Sequence record: ON529857.1 | DNA: 64,000 bases | Reading direction: 5' to 3' (one strand) | Shown here: one piece after another, positions 35,737 to 45,829 of the stretch | Layout of the letters: each line of letters begins with the position of its first letter | Numbering within the stretch: position 1 is the first letter of the stretch | Notes under the pieces: model-generated | The model's input: the letters and a program-made list of their open reading frames with translations, nothing else | What the model was told of the DNA's origin: nothing | Databases searched by the model: none | Program-made: the position numbers and the translations under genes

Positions 35737-35871
35737 TTACAGGCCGCCCCCGAACCCCGACGCCGCCGTGACGCCCGCCAGCGCCATAAAGGCGGCGACC
35801 CATAGCCAAGCCGCCTGAAAGGATTCAGCCCGGCGGCGGCGGTCGAGAGCGGAGGGACGGCGCCGGGTCAT
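35737..35871 (-). CDS. small membrane protein
   Basis: MTRRRPS..., TM helix, ATGA overlap. Confidence 0.55.
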   Translation of the reverse strand: MTRRRPSALDRRRRAESFQAAWLWVAAFMALAGVTAASGFGGGL

Positions 35872-36056
35872 GCCGGGCGCCCGTCCGACGCCAGCACCTC
35901 TAGGTGACAGGCATGGCCGATCCGGTTGAGATGGCGCATGGCGCTGTTCGCCGTGTTCAGGTCCGCATAGGACACGCCAGAGGCGATGAAATAAGGCGCG
36001 GCGTCTCGGCGCGGGTCGCCGCGATGGGGAGCGAGGGAAGGGACGACGGCGAACAT
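35868..36056 (-). CDS. small hypothetical protein
   Basis: GGAG RBS behind cassette promoter. Confidence 0.65.
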   Translation of the reverse strand: MFAVVPSLAPHRGDPRRDAAPYFIASGVSYADLNTANSAMRHLNRIGHACHLEVLASDGRPA

Positions 36057-36261
36057 GGCGGAACTCCCGAACGGGCGGAATTGCCCTGGCGTTCATGGCC
36101 TCAATCTAGGAGCGGTGGCACAGGTTGTCAACCATTCTTTTATATTGGAATGATTAACGGCGGTGGGTGGGTTCTGTTAACCTTAACGCCGGGATGGAAT
36201 CTGTTAAGGTTAACGCAAACGGGTCGCAAGGCGCGCCCGGCTCGAAAGCCGGGCGCGGGTC

Positions 36262-36882
36262 TCACATGGTTCCGATAGAGCCGTCGTCGCCCATCGCCAA
36301 GTCATAGTCCCCGAACTCGCGGGCGGCTTCGCTGAGGCGTTCGGCTTGCGGTTCGGGCCAATCGCCGTCCCAGAAGCCCGCGCCGTGACCGTTGCGGGTC
36401 AGCCAAAAGTCATGACCGGCGCGGCCCCATTCGTCAAAGTCCGGGCCGCAAACTACCTTGCCCGTCGCTATGGCGGATTCGATGGTGGCGCGATTCGCCG
36501 TCACGAAGGCGGCGCAATCGGCGATCATGTCGCGCAGGGTTTCGGGGCGAACGTCAAACGGCCCGAAGTCAAGCGCCCGGTCGCCTTCGGCGCGGGGGTC
36601 GCCGTGTTTGAACTCTACGCCCGTCCACAGGGCGGATACGATATAGGCTTGCGCGAAGTCGTCCGCCGCATCGAACAGGCGGCCCGATTCCACCCGATAG
36701 GCGGCGCGGGTCGCGGCGTCGGCTTCCTCCGCCGCCTCGACGATCTTACGCGCCTTGGCGAGGTCCGCCTTAGAGTGCAAATGCTGTAAGCCTAGAACCT
36801 CGCGCGCGGCGATCAATTCGGGCGTCATGACGCTGTATTCAGGAACGACGGCGGCGGCGGTCAGTTGAGCCAGGGTCTGCAT
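36262..36882 (-). CDS. hypothetical protein with GHDFWLTRNGHGAGFWDG domain (paralogue of 49785..50357)
   Basis: MQTLAQL start; conserved C-terminal motif. Confidence 0.8.
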   Translation of the reverse strand: MQTLAQLTAAAVVPEYSVMTPELIAAREVLGLQHLHSKADLAKARKIVEAAEEADAATRAAYRVESGRLFDAADDFAQAYIVSALWTGVEFKHGDPRAEGDRALDFGPFDVRPETLRDMIADCAAFVTANRATIESAIATGKVVCGPDFDEWGRAGHDFWLTRNGHGAGFWDGDWPEPQAERLSEAAREFGDYDLAMGDDGSIGTM

Positions 36883-37267
36883 GGGGTGTCTCCCGTTGTC
36901 TATGCCCCTCTTATAGAAGGCGGCTTGCAAGAGTGTCAACCCCTCTTTTTCAAAAATCTTCGCGGGCGACGGGCTGGGCGTTAACCTTAACGGATTCCCG
37001 CCCGAGGTTAACCTTAACGAAAAACGCCCAAGTGTTAACCACCTTTTCGCTTGCTCTGTCGGCGCGTTCCGCTAGTCTGGATGATGGAATCTCGCCCCTT
37101 GACCGGGGCGCGCATCGCTGGCGCCTGCCTGCGATCCATGGTCTTTGACATCCCGCGCCCGGCGCGGGGTTACGCGCTCGCCTGCCCGTCGCCGGGTCGG
37201 GTCCGCCGTCGCTCGCCTCGCCTCGCGGGCGGCCGGGCGGCGCCGACCGCATGGCGGGAGGGAGCGC

Positions 37268-37440
37268 CAGGACGAAACCCGGAAGGGTCAAGTCCGAGGC
37301 CGTCGAATCGAAATGACGTCAAGTCAAATCGAAACGGCGTCAAGTCAAGTCAAACTCAAATCGCGTCAAGTCAAGTTCGCCGGCGTCAAACTGAAACGGC
37401 GTCAGGTCAAGTCACGTTTCGTCAAATCGAAACCGGGCTT
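37268..37440. repeat. CGTCAAGTC/CGTCAAA repeat cluster B
   Basis: About 7 copies of CGTCAA(G/A) in 170 bp, several as CGTCAAGTCAA. Confidence 0.85.
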
Positions 37441-37564
37441 AAATGTGGCGAAGTGAGGGCGAGCGCCCTCACTTGAACATCATGACGACGAAGCAGGCCA
37501 GGAGGAGTTTCCAGGCGCTGAAGAGAGAATCGAGGGCTTTCATAGGGTTACGCTTTCTCTTGCA

Positions 37565-37690
37565 GTCACGAAGTTCTGGATTCGTGACAGGGGGTTTTGG
37601 GGGCGTGAGTCATGATTCAAGGGATTCGTGACTCGTTTGGAGCGGCGGCCGGCCCGGTTTTCGTGACTCGGGCCGGAATTTCGTGACTCA
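37565..37690. repeat. TCGTGAC(TC) cluster with GTCACGAA-N8-TTCGTGAC palindrome and 7 GANTC sites
   Basis: GANTC at 37579, 37607, 37614, 37623, 37630, 37665, 37685. Confidence 0.8.
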
Positions 37691-38632
37691 GTCCTCGTCG
37701 CCGGGGTCGAACGGGTCGGCCCATTGGGTGGTGACGGTCAGCATCCCTTCATGCCCGTAGAACTCATAAGAGTGGCCCGGCTTGAGGTCGAAGCTGGGGA
37801 AGGCGTCGATCTGCTTGATCAGGTCGGCGGAACCGGCGACGTGCGCGGCGATAGCGGCGTCTTGTGCGAACAGGCGGCGCAGGATCGCCTGCACCTGCTC
37901 GGGCGTGTCGGCGTAACGCGGCGAGACCGCCGGGGATTCGCGGTGGATGCGGTAGCGACGCGCGCGGACCTTGATCTCGAACGGGCCAGCCCAGGCGCGC
38001 ACTTCCGCCGGGGCGGCGGCGGCGTCGGACAGGGCGTCGAACGCCGTCAGGTCATGAGTCGCCACCGCGTCTTGAAACTCCGCGCGGGTGACGGGATAGG
38101 TCCAGCGGGCGTCGTCCACGTCCATGGCGTGGTCCATAATCATGGCCTGACCGGTGAAGATCGCCAGATAGGGGGCGGCTTCGTTGTTCAGCTCGGGCGG
38201 GTCGCGGTCCATCCAGAAGCGATAGAGGGCCGCCCAGGCGCGCGCTCTGTCGCGATCTCCCGTGTCCGGCTCGCAGGCCTCTTGCAAGGCCTCAATCGCC
38301 TGCGTGCGATCCGGCTGGTCGGCGTCCAGCTGGTCGCGCTGATGGGCGTCATAGGACAGCAGCACCGCGCAGGTGAAGCGGGCGTCCCACTCGCCGGCCG
38401 GGCCTGCCGCCAACGACTCGCGCACCTCGGGATGCGTGATGTGGGAAAATTCGGAAGGGTCCCCGGCGGTGAATTCGGAAGGGTCCCCGGCCGAAAATTG
38501 CGAAGGGTCCCCGGCGTTGATTTCAGCAGGGTCCCCCGACTCGATTCGGTCGGCCTCCCTCGTCAGCGTAGCGGCCTGCGCCAACAGGGTGGCGGCGGCG
38601 GCGCGCATGACGGCGGCGGATGTCAGTCTCAT
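37688..38632 (-). CDS. hypothetical protein with N-terminal AGDPSEF repeats
   Basis: 314 aa; repeats encoded by the GGGTCCCC DNA repeat. Confidence 0.75.
   Translation of the reverse strand: MRLTSAAVMRAAAATLLAQAATLTREADRIESGDPAEINAGDPSQFSAGDPSEFTAGDPSEFSHITHPEVRESLAAGPAGEWDARFTCAVLLSYDAHQRDQLDADQPDRTQAIEALQEACEPDTGDRDRARAWAALYRFWMDRDPPELNNEAAPYLAIFTGQAMIMDHAMDVDDARWTYPVTRAEFQDAVATHDLTAFDALSDAAAAPAEVRAWAGPFEIKVRARRYRIHRESPAVSPRYADTPEQVQAILRRLFAQDAAIAAHVAGSADLIKQIDAFPSFDLKPGHSYEFYGHEGMLTVTTQWADPFDPGDED
38445..38540. repeat. AATTCG-N-AGGGTCCCCGG repeat cluster B
   Basis: Four copies, ~23-bp period, inside CDS. Confidence 0.9.
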
Positions 38633-38771
38633 GGGCGGGTCTCCGTGTTCTCGATGCCGGCACCGTAAAGGGCGCCCACTGGAGTGTCAACCTCTTTTCT
38701 TCAGAGAAGTCTGCGGCGAGCGTTAACCCTAATGAGTTGTTAAGGTTAATGTAAACCGGTCGCAAAAGAAA

Positions 38772-38831
38772 GCGCCCGCCGGGGGAGACAGACCCGGCGG
38801 GCGCGACTGACGGGGAGACAGGCCGTCAGTC
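38772..38831 (-). terminator. tandem hairpins with UGUCUCC loops; second is the terminator
   Basis: GACUGACGG-CCUGUCUCC-CCGUCAGUC then CGCCCGCCGGG-UCUGUCUCC-CCCGGCGGGCG-CUUUCUUUU; repeated at 39989-40051 and 40936-40998; single copies at 47137, 48841, 52279. Confidence 0.85.
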
Positions 38832-39248
38832 TATCAGGTAGCGCCCCAGACCGGCGGTCGGCACCTCGGCGCCGTCGCGGTAGGCGACAGACCCCAGCAT
38901 CCCGAAGACGGCGTTACGGTCGCCCCGGTCGTATTCGGCGGCCTCGAACCGGCGCAGGATCGTCGGTTGGGCGGCGAAGCGGACATTGCGCGCATAGGGG
39001 TCGAGGTGCTTGTCCTGACCGGTGAAGAGGAACCATCCCCGTTCATGGGTGCCGCCGCCCAGCCAGCGGCGCTTGCGGCTGATGTGGATTTCGCGGTCGC
39101 CGTTGCCCGCCGTCACCCAGACGGTGCGGCCCGGCAGGGCCAGCGACAGTTCCCGCAAGGCTTCGTGCATCATGTCGCAAGTCAGGTCGAACAGCGCGTC
39201 CTCGGCGTCCTCGACCGCCTTCAGGGCTTGGGTGAAAACGTCGCTCAT
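38826..39248 (-). CDS. hypothetical protein
   Basis: ATGA overlap. Confidence 0.7.
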   Translation of the reverse strand: MSDVFTQALKAVEDAEDALFDLTCDMMHEALRELSLALPGRTVWVTAGNGDREIHISRKRRWLGGGTHERGWFLFTGQDKHLDPYARNVRFAAQPTILRRFEAAEYDRGDRNAVFGMLGSVAYRDGAEVPTAGLGRYLID

Positions 39249-39865
39249 GCCTTGGAGGCCTCAATGAGGGCCTGTTGCGCCTTCAGCGGCATACGATCCC
39301 AATCCTCGCTGGACAGGTCATAGGCCGCCATGGCGCGCTCGGCGTCGTCATACTCCGCCTCGATCTCCTCATTACGGCGAAGCTGAATGGCGGCGCGGCG
39401 CGCTTCGTCCGCGAGATTATCCAGCAGATATTTCAGGTCCACGTCCAGAACCCCGTTGCCGCGCAGCCAGGCGACGACGCGATCAAAGGCGGCGATCTCG
39501 CCTTGAGCCTCTTGCGGCGTCAGGTCGTCCAGCCGGGCGTCGTGGTTGAGGGCCGATTCGTTCACCATCCAGACCAGAGCCTCCAGCAGGGCGTCGTCCG
39601 CCAGCATGGTGGGGCGCATCAGGGTCCGGCCGTCCGCCTGCTCAACGTCGAAGGTCGAGACGCCGGCTTGCAGGTAGTCGGTGAACTCCGGCATGACCGT
39701 CCAGCCGCCGTCCGACAGGTGGGTTTCGTGCGCGATGGAGGCCAGGGCCTTGTCGCGGGCTTCCTGCGGCGTCTCGGCCTCGACGGCGATGGTCTTGCAG
39801 GCGGTCAGGTGGGCATAGGCCGTCACCAGATAGTTGATCCGAACGGAACTGCGGGCGGTGGTCAT
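39245..39865 (-). CDS. hypothetical protein
   Basis: V.VEAETPQEA motif; cassette RBS. Confidence 0.75.
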   Translation of the reverse strand: MTTARSSVRINYLVTAYAHLTACKTIAVEAETPQEARDKALASIAHETHLSDGGWTVMPEFTDYLQAGVSTFDVEQADGRTLMRPTMLADDALLEALVWMVNESALNHDARLDDLTPQEAQGEIAAFDRVVAWLRGNGVLDVDLKYLLDNLADEARRAAIQLRRNEEIEAEYDDAERAMAAYDLSSEDWDRMPLKAQQALIEASKA

Positions 39866-40045
39866 GGGGTGTCTCCCGTTGCTGTTGCGTTCGTTCTAGG
39901 TCGCCGATTGTGAGGTGTCAACCGTTTTTCTACAGAAAATAGCGCACCGGTTTCTGTTAAGGTTAATGCGAACCGAACGCAAAGAAAACGCCCGGCCGGG
40001 GGAGACAATCCCGGCCGGGCGTGGGGCTGACGGGGAGACAGGCCG

Positions 40046-40813
40046 TCAGTCGGGGTCGCCGTAACGCTCGCCGCAGCGGCCGCAGGTCGTATCGCGGTGC
40101 AGGCGGCCCGGCTCGCCGATCCAGTCGTGCAGGCCCGCCTGACAGTCGGCGTCGAAGGCGATGGGGGTCAGTTCGTCGGCGAAGGCGTCTTCCTCCTCTC
40201 CGCCCGGCAGACGCACCCGATACATGGCTCCGACTTCGGGGTCGCATTCGTCATCACCCAGAGGGCGCACGATCTCGACGCGGGTTCCGGGGGCGACCGT
40301 CGCATCCGAAGCGGTCGAGGCGAACAGGGCGATTTCGTCACGCATGAACACGTCAGCCGTAACGCTGTCGATCACGCTGTATGCCCCGTTGAACAGACGG
40401 TCAGGGTCAATCATCATATGACCCGACCCTAAGAAAGCCTCGGCGGCTTCCACCGTGGCGAAGCGGGCGACGAAGGTTTCAGCCTCGCCGGGCGTCGGCT
40501 CGGGGTTCTGGAGCGTCACCAGCACCGGCAGGACAGACAGGCGTTCCGGCGTCGTGTAGCCATCGCCCAGGTCCATGATGGCCTCGGCGCTCGAATCCTC
40601 GATCTCGCAGCCCTCCAGCGAGCCGGGGTCGAGCAGGTGGCGCAGGCAGCCCGAAACGTCAGGGTTGGCGCGCGATCCCAGGAAGTCCGCGTATTCCGCC
40701 GGCTCCGCGTTGGGGTTGGCGTCGAGGTAGGCCGCCACGGCGGCGGCGTGCAGAGCACGCGGATCAAAGACCTTGAGGCTGATCGTCACGTCATAGGCGA
40801 TGCGGCTGGACAT
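40046..40813 (-). CDS. multi-domain hypothetical protein, C-terminal Cys/His cluster
   Basis: CQAGLHDW...CGRCG at end; cassette RBS. Confidence 0.75.
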   Translation of the reverse strand: MSSRIAYDVTISLKVFDPRALHAAAVAAYLDANPNAEPAEYADFLGSRANPDVSGCLRHLLDPGSLEGCEIEDSSAEAIMDLGDGYTTPERLSVLPVLVTLQNPEPTPGEAETFVARFATVEAAEAFLGSGHMMIDPDRLFNGAYSVIDSVTADVFMRDEIALFASTASDATVAPGTRVEIVRPLGDDECDPEVGAMYRVRLPGGEEEDAFADELTPIAFDADCQAGLHDWIGEPGRLHRDTTCGRCGERYGDPD

Positions 40814-40992
40814 AGGGTGTCTCCCGTTGGTGTTGAGACCGTTCTAAGGCGGCGGTTGTGGGGTGTCAACCGCTTTTTCACAGAAAAGTTCTGGAGGGGC
40901 GCGTTAAGGTTAATGCGAACCGGACGCAAAGAAAACGCCCGGCCGGGGGAGACAAGCCCGGCCGGGCGTGGGGCTGACGGGGAGACAGACCG

Positions 40993-41631
40993 TCAGCTTA
41001 GGGGTGCGGAGCCGTCCCAGCCCTCCGGCTGCGTGAACGGATCATCCAAGGCGCGCACCAGGACGGCGGCCTCGTCTTCGGTGATCTCGTCCGCGTTCAG
41101 GCGGTTGCAAATCACCTCGATCTGCTCCTGAGCGTGGGCGCTGATGACGGCGGCCTGCACGAAGTCGTCTTCCGGCTCGCCGCTGGCGTCAATGCGGTAG
41201 AGGCCGACGTGTTCGTTATCGTCGGTGCAGACGTGCCAGTCGTAGCGCAGGCGGGCGGGCAGTTCGTCTTCGGCCTCGGCCTTCCAGTTCTGCAAGCCGT
41301 TGACGGCGCCGGCGAGGTCGCCGCTCGACCAGTTGTCCACGACGGCTTGAGCGGCCTGGGCGCCCTCGCTGACCAGATTCAGCAGGTGCGCCGCCTGAGC
41401 GGTGGTCAGGACGATCAGCTTTTCGCCCCGGCCCATCGCCGCCTCGATCAGTTCGCAGGCGGTGGCGTCCTTCGGCGGCTCGGGCGGCAGAACCTTCAAG
41501 GCGTTCTGCACGTCGTTGAAGAGTTCTTCGTAATCGTCCAGCTCGGGCGGGACTTGGTTCTCCCGCATGGCGTTGTCGCGGGCGTTGGTGGTGAGCTGCA
41601 AGGACAGCAGGGCGTAATAGAGGGTGTTCAT
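40993..41631 (-). CDS. hypothetical acidic protein
   Basis: MNTLYY start behind cassette RBS. Confidence 0.75.
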   Translation of the reverse strand: MNTLYYALLSLQLTTNARDNAMRENQVPPELDDYEELFNDVQNALKVLPPEPPKDATACELIEAAMGRGEKLIVLTTAQAAHLLNLVSEGAQAAQAVVDNWSSGDLAGAVNGLQNWKAEAEDELPARLRYDWHVCTDDNEHVGLYRIDASGEPEDDFVQAAVISAHAQEQIEVICNRLNADEITEDEAAVLVRALDDPFTQPEGWDGSAPLS

Positions 41632-41776
41632 CGGGTGTCTCCGTGTTCGTGTTGAGACCGTTCTAGGGCGCCCGCTGTTCGGTGTCAACTACTTTTTCGT
41701 AGAAATATTCCGCCAGCCTCATTAACCTTAACGCAAGCGGGTCGCAAAAACGCCCGGCCGAAGCCGGGCGTTCGCC

Positions 41777-42526
41777 TTAACCCTTGAGCGGGGGCAGGTA
41801 GTCGAGATCGACCATCGGCGGCTCGCCGTCCTTGCCGCTCTTGGCGGCTTGCAGGATGGATTCCATCAGGGTTTGGGTCGCCGTGCCGTCGCGCAGGCGG
41901 GCCGCCGTCGGGGACGATTCGACCTTTTCCGCATAGACGCCGGACGCAGCCTTCACCGCTTCCAGGCAAGCCTGCATCGCCGTTTGCGCGGTGCGGTGCG
42001 CTTCCGCCGCCGCCTCTTGCAACGCGGTCTTATAGGCGCCTTGGCCTTCCTCCGACATCTGCATCAGTCGCTCGCTTTCCTTCAGCATCCGCGCCGCTTC
42101 ATGGGCGGTAAGGGCGATGGCGTTGGGAAGTTCGTCGGCCGCCTTAGCGTAGAGCGTCAACAGACGCGCCGCCTCAACAGCGTCATCGGCATAGACGGCG
42201 CCGGCGTCCGACCAGTTGTTCGCCAGCACCGCCAGGGCGGCCTGAGCGGCGTAGTGCGGCAGGGTCGAGCCGCTTTCGAGGTCTTCCAGGCGCTGGGCCA
42301 GCCGCAGGGTCAGCGGATCGGTGTTCTGCGCCAGGGCCAGGGTCATGAACTCCGGCTGGACCTGAAACTCCGTGACGGAACCGTCGTCGTCTTCGTGCGT
42401 CAGGCCCTCGGCGCTCATGTAATGCTGCACGGCGAACTCCAGCGAGCGGCGCACATGGGCAGGGTCCACAGCGCCGCCTTCGACTTGCAGGGTGACGATG
42501 TAATTGATGGTGACGGGTGCGGTCAT
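41777..42526 (-). CDS. hypothetical protein
   Basis: 249 aa single-gene cassette. Confidence 0.75.
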   Translation of the reverse strand: MTAPVTINYIVTLQVEGGAVDPAHVRRSLEFAVQHYMSAEGLTHEDDDGSVTEFQVQPEFMTLALAQNTDPLTLRLAQRLEDLESGSTLPHYAAQAALAVLANNWSDAGAVYADDAVEAARLLTLYAKAADELPNAIALTAHEAARMLKESERLMQMSEEGQGAYKTALQEAAAEAHRTAQTAMQACLEAVKAASGVYAEKVESSPTAARLRDGTATQTLMESILQAAKSGKDGEPPMVDLDYLPPLKG

Positions 42527-42665
42527 CGGGTGTCTCCGGTGGTTGATCTGTCTCCCTTCTAGGCCGCCCGGTGTAAGGTGTCAACCACTTTTCTACAGAA
42601 AACTTCTCGTTAAGGTTAACGTGGGCGGGGCGCAAAAACGCCCGGCCGAAGCCGGGCGTTCAGGG

Positions 42666-43631
42666 TCAGGCGGGGATGTTGGAGAAGTCGGGGCTGTCGC
42701 CGTCCTGCGGCGTCACCTCGATCCACGACATGCGTTCCATGTAGCGCTTGACGGAGCCGGACGGCAGGCCGTTGAGGATGTAGAGCAGGGCGAGGCGTTT
42801 AGCCGCTTCGCTGGCGCGGGCGCTGATCCGGGTGCAGTAGGAGGAATCCTCCACATACTCCCAGGCGCCGTCCGCCCCCTTGCGCTCGACCGAGACCCGC
42901 ATCAGGGGTTCATCACCCGGATCGGTCTGGTCATAGTCTCCGTCCGCCCCTTCCCCGATGTATTCCAGCATCACCGCGTCGTCGCCGTTTTCTTCGCGCA
43001 GTTCGGGCGCGTCGAACGGCTCCGCTGAGCCGGGCACATCAGGCAGGAACTCCGAAGCGGCGGCCGCCCAATCTTCCAGAATGGTCGAGGCTTCAACCAT
43101 GGACGTTCCCGCCTGCCGGGCGTCGGTCAGCGCCTGGATCGACTCGACCGCCGATTCGACAGCCCTCAGCAGCGGGCGCGTCAGAGGGTCCGTCACCAGG
43201 GCGTCGGCCGCGTCATCGTGCGACAGGCGTTGGATCGGCCCCGCCGTTCCAGCGCGATAGAGATAGACGGCGCGGCCTTGATGACCGAATCCGTAGGCGT
43301 TCCAATGCGCGCCGACCACCTCGGCCGCCGCGCCGTGATCGCCATACACCAGCGTATCCGCCACGACGGCGCCGGAAGGGTCCGCCGCGACGACGCGATA
43401 CGCCGGCAGGGTGACGGTCTGCAAGTCGAACTCATAGTCGATGTCTTCCTCGCCTATCCAGTTGCTGATGGCGGCGGTGTCAGCCCCCACGTCTTCGGGC
43501 AGGCCGTAGGCTTGCAGTTCGCGCACCACGTCCGCCAGGGCGGCGGCTTCGGACGGGAAGAATTGAGCGCCCATGCCGTATTTGTTACGGGTGATGAGCA
43601 GGACGGTCGGGGCGAGGCTAGGCAGGGTCAT
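42666..43631 (-). CDS. multi-domain hypothetical protein
   Basis: 321 aa single-gene cassette. Confidence 0.75.
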   Translation of the reverse strand: MTLPSLAPTVLLITRNKYGMGAQFFPSEAAALADVVRELQAYGLPEDVGADTAAISNWIGEEDIDYEFDLQTVTLPAYRVVAADPSGAVVADTLVYGDHGAAAEVVGAHWNAYGFGHQGRAVYLYRAGTAGPIQRLSHDDAADALVTDPLTRPLLRAVESAVESIQALTDARQAGTSMVEASTILEDWAAAASEFLPDVPGSAEPFDAPELREENGDDAVMLEYIGEGADGDYDQTDPGDEPLMRVSVERKGADGAWEYVEDSSYCTRISARASEAAKRLALLYILNGLPSGSVKRYMERMSWIEVTPQDGDSPDFSNIPA

Positions 43632-43750
43632 CGGGTGTCTCCGGTGGTTGTTCTGCCTCTCTTCTAGGCCGGACGGCGTAGAGTGTCAACAGCTTTTCTT
43701 TAGAAAACTTCTCGTTAAGGTTAACGAGAACGGTTCGCAGAAAAGCCGGG

Positions 43751-43858
43751 TCAAGCGACCCGGCTCCACATCTGCTGCGCCAGCATGAAGAGATAGTAGA
43801 GGATGACGCCCGCCAGCATCAGCAGGGCCATCCCCAGGCGCGGCGCCCGCGCGGTCAT
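43751..43858 (-). CDS. small membrane peptide (not in ORF track)
   Basis: MTARAPRLGMALLMLAGVILYYLFMLAQQMWSRVA, ATGA overlap. Confidence 0.55.
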   Translation of the reverse strand: MTARAPRLGMALLMLAGVILYYLFMLAQQMWSRVA

Positions 43859-44409
43859 GCGCCGTCCGCTTCGTCTTCGTCGTCGTCTTCCGACGCCAGC
43901 CTGCCGTCATAGGCCAGAAGGTCGCCAATCGCCTCGTTGCCGCGTTCCGACAGAATGTCGTCCAGACGGCGGCGGTTGTTGACCAGCCAGTCGGCGGCTT
44001 CCTCTTCGGTGCCGTCGAAGCGGTCGATCACGTCTTCAACGGTGAAGACGGTCGGAGCGGCGCCGGCGAGACGGATGGCCTCGGTCAGGTCATAGACGCT
44101 GATCGCAACGTCGATGGCGTAGATGTGACCGTTGAAGCCGATTCGCTCTTCGGCGAACAGCACGATCTCGACGTCGGACAGGTCGTCCAGGGTCTTGATC
44201 TCGTCCAGCGGCTTTTGCGTGTGGATGTCGTAGTCTTCCAGCCCGCTTTGCAGCGACGTGGCGTCGGTATAGCGGCCCGCCATCCAGTCGCGCGCCTGCT
44301 GCGCCTTGGCGTCCTCGGCCTCGACTTCGGAGGCGTAGGGGGCGCCGTCCGGCTCGTAGCCGTTGGCGGTGACGGCCAGTTGATAGAGTTTGAGTTTCGC
44401 GGTCTGCAT
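43855..44409 (-). CDS. hypothetical acidic protein
   Basis: MQTAKL start behind cassette RBS. Confidence 0.75.
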   Translation of the reverse strand: MQTAKLKLYQLAVTANGYEPDGAPYASEVEAEDAKAQQARDWMAGRYTDATSLQSGLEDYDIHTQKPLDEIKTLDDLSDVEIVLFAEERIGFNGHIYAIDVAISVYDLTEAIRLAGAAPTVFTVEDVIDRFDGTEEEAADWLVNNRRRLDDILSERGNEAIGDLLAYDGRLASEDDDEDEADGA

Positions 44410-44546
44410 GGGGTGTCTCCCGTTGTTGGTCATCCCCTTCTAGGCCGCGCGGTCTTTTGTGTCAACTTCTTTTCTACAGAAAACTTTTCGTTAAGGTTAA
44501 TGCGAGCGGATCGCAAAACGCCCGACCGAAGCCGGGCGTCTGCGGG

Positions 44547-45020
44547 TCAGTAGGGGCGGGCGGCCTCGGGTTCGTCGTAGAGAATATCCAGATCATCGAC
44601 CGAAACGACGACAGACCCGCCGCAGTCAAGCGACACCTCCACGCGGGCGAACCCATCGGCGAAGGTGTCGGGCAAGATCGTGGTGATCTCGCCCCGGTCG
44701 GCATGGGTCGGCACGTCGCAGCGGTCGCCCGCATCCCAGCCCTTGGTCTCGTTCTCGTCCGCGTCGTCTTCGCCGTCGTCGATCAGGGATTCGACCTCGC
44801 GCAGGCCGTTGGCCCAGGCGGTGACGGCTTCGACGTTATCCCCCAGGACATGAACGCCCTGGCCCCACTGTTGATAGGAGCCTTCATAGTAGGAGGCGAA
44901 GACGCGCAGGTCGTCCCCCTGCCGGTCGCGGCGGATGAAGACGATGTCGGCGCCCTTGCCGACGCCTTCGGTCAGCTCTTCGACGGTCGGGGCGCGAAAC
45001 TCGATCAGCTTGGTGGTCAT
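44547..45020 (-). CDS. hypothetical acidic protein with C-terminal SH3-like part
   Basis: MTTKLI start. Confidence 0.75.
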   Translation of the reverse strand: MTTKLIEFRAPTVEELTEGVGKGADIVFIRRDRQGDDLRVFASYYEGSYQQWGQGVHVLGDNVEAVTAWANGLREVESLIDDGEDDADENETKGWDAGDRCDVPTHADRGEITTILPDTFADGFARVEVSLDCGGSVVVSVDDLDILYDEPEAARPY

Positions 45021-45157
45021 GGGGTGTCTCCCGTTGTTGGTCATCCCCTTCTAGGCCGGGCGTGGTGGTGTGTCAACCTCTTTTTGGTAGTTATTCATCC
45101 GTTAAGGTTAACACAAGGGGGGTTCGCAAAAAGCCGGGATTGCTCCCGGCCTTCGCC

Positions 45158-45829
45158 TCAGTGGGACAGGGCGGCGTAGAAGGTGTGATCCTGCGGAACC
45201 GCCACCGTGACAGAGCCGAACTCGATTTCGAGCGCCTTGCGGTCGGGCGTCAACCCGATGCCCGTCACGACCGCCAGATCATCATAGAAAAGCTGCGCAG
45301 CGGTCTCGACCTCGGCGTCCGGCGTGTCCAGGCGGTTCGCATATTCGTCGTTGGCGAGGTTGATCCGCATCCCCGTCATGACCGCGTAAGCCTTGACCGG
45401 GATCAGGCCCTGATCGACCGCCTCGCACATATCCATCATGGATTCGCCGACCCGCACCAGTTCGGCGACCGACAGGAAATTGGGGCGGTCCTCGCCTTCG
45501 ATGTTCGAGACCCCTTCCAGATTCGCCAGCATGGCGCCGATGTCCCACATCGCGCCTTCCTCGGAGGCGACCACAGCCAGGGCGGCGGCCTTGGGGTCGC
45601 CCTCGACGCCGTTGGGGCCATAGCTGCGGCTGTTGGCGAAGTCCTCGTCGCCGGCCTCGTCCACCAGATAGCCGGTGATCTCCTCGGCGTCTTCGGCGGC
45701 CCTGGCCGCCAGGGCGGCGGCGCCGTCGAATTGGGCGGTCGCCTTGGCGATGGCCTCTTCATGCGAGGCGGCGGTCACTTCGACCGCGACGCGGGCGGTG
45801 AAATAGACGGTTACGCGGTGGGTGTTCAT
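45158..45829 (-). CDS. hypothetical protein
   Basis: MNTHRV start; VEVTAASHEEA; ITGYLVDEAGDEDFANSRSY. Confidence 0.75.
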   Translation of the reverse strand: MNTHRVTVYFTARVAVEVTAASHEEAIAKATAQFDGAAALAARAAEDAEEITGYLVDEAGDEDFANSRSYGPNGVEGDPKAAALAVVASEEGAMWDIGAMLANLEGVSNIEGEDRPNFLSVAELVRVGESMMDMCEAVDQGLIPVKAYAVMTGMRINLANDEYANRLDTPDAEVETAAQLFYDDLAVVTGIGLTPDRKALEIEFGSVTVAVPQDHTFYAALSH

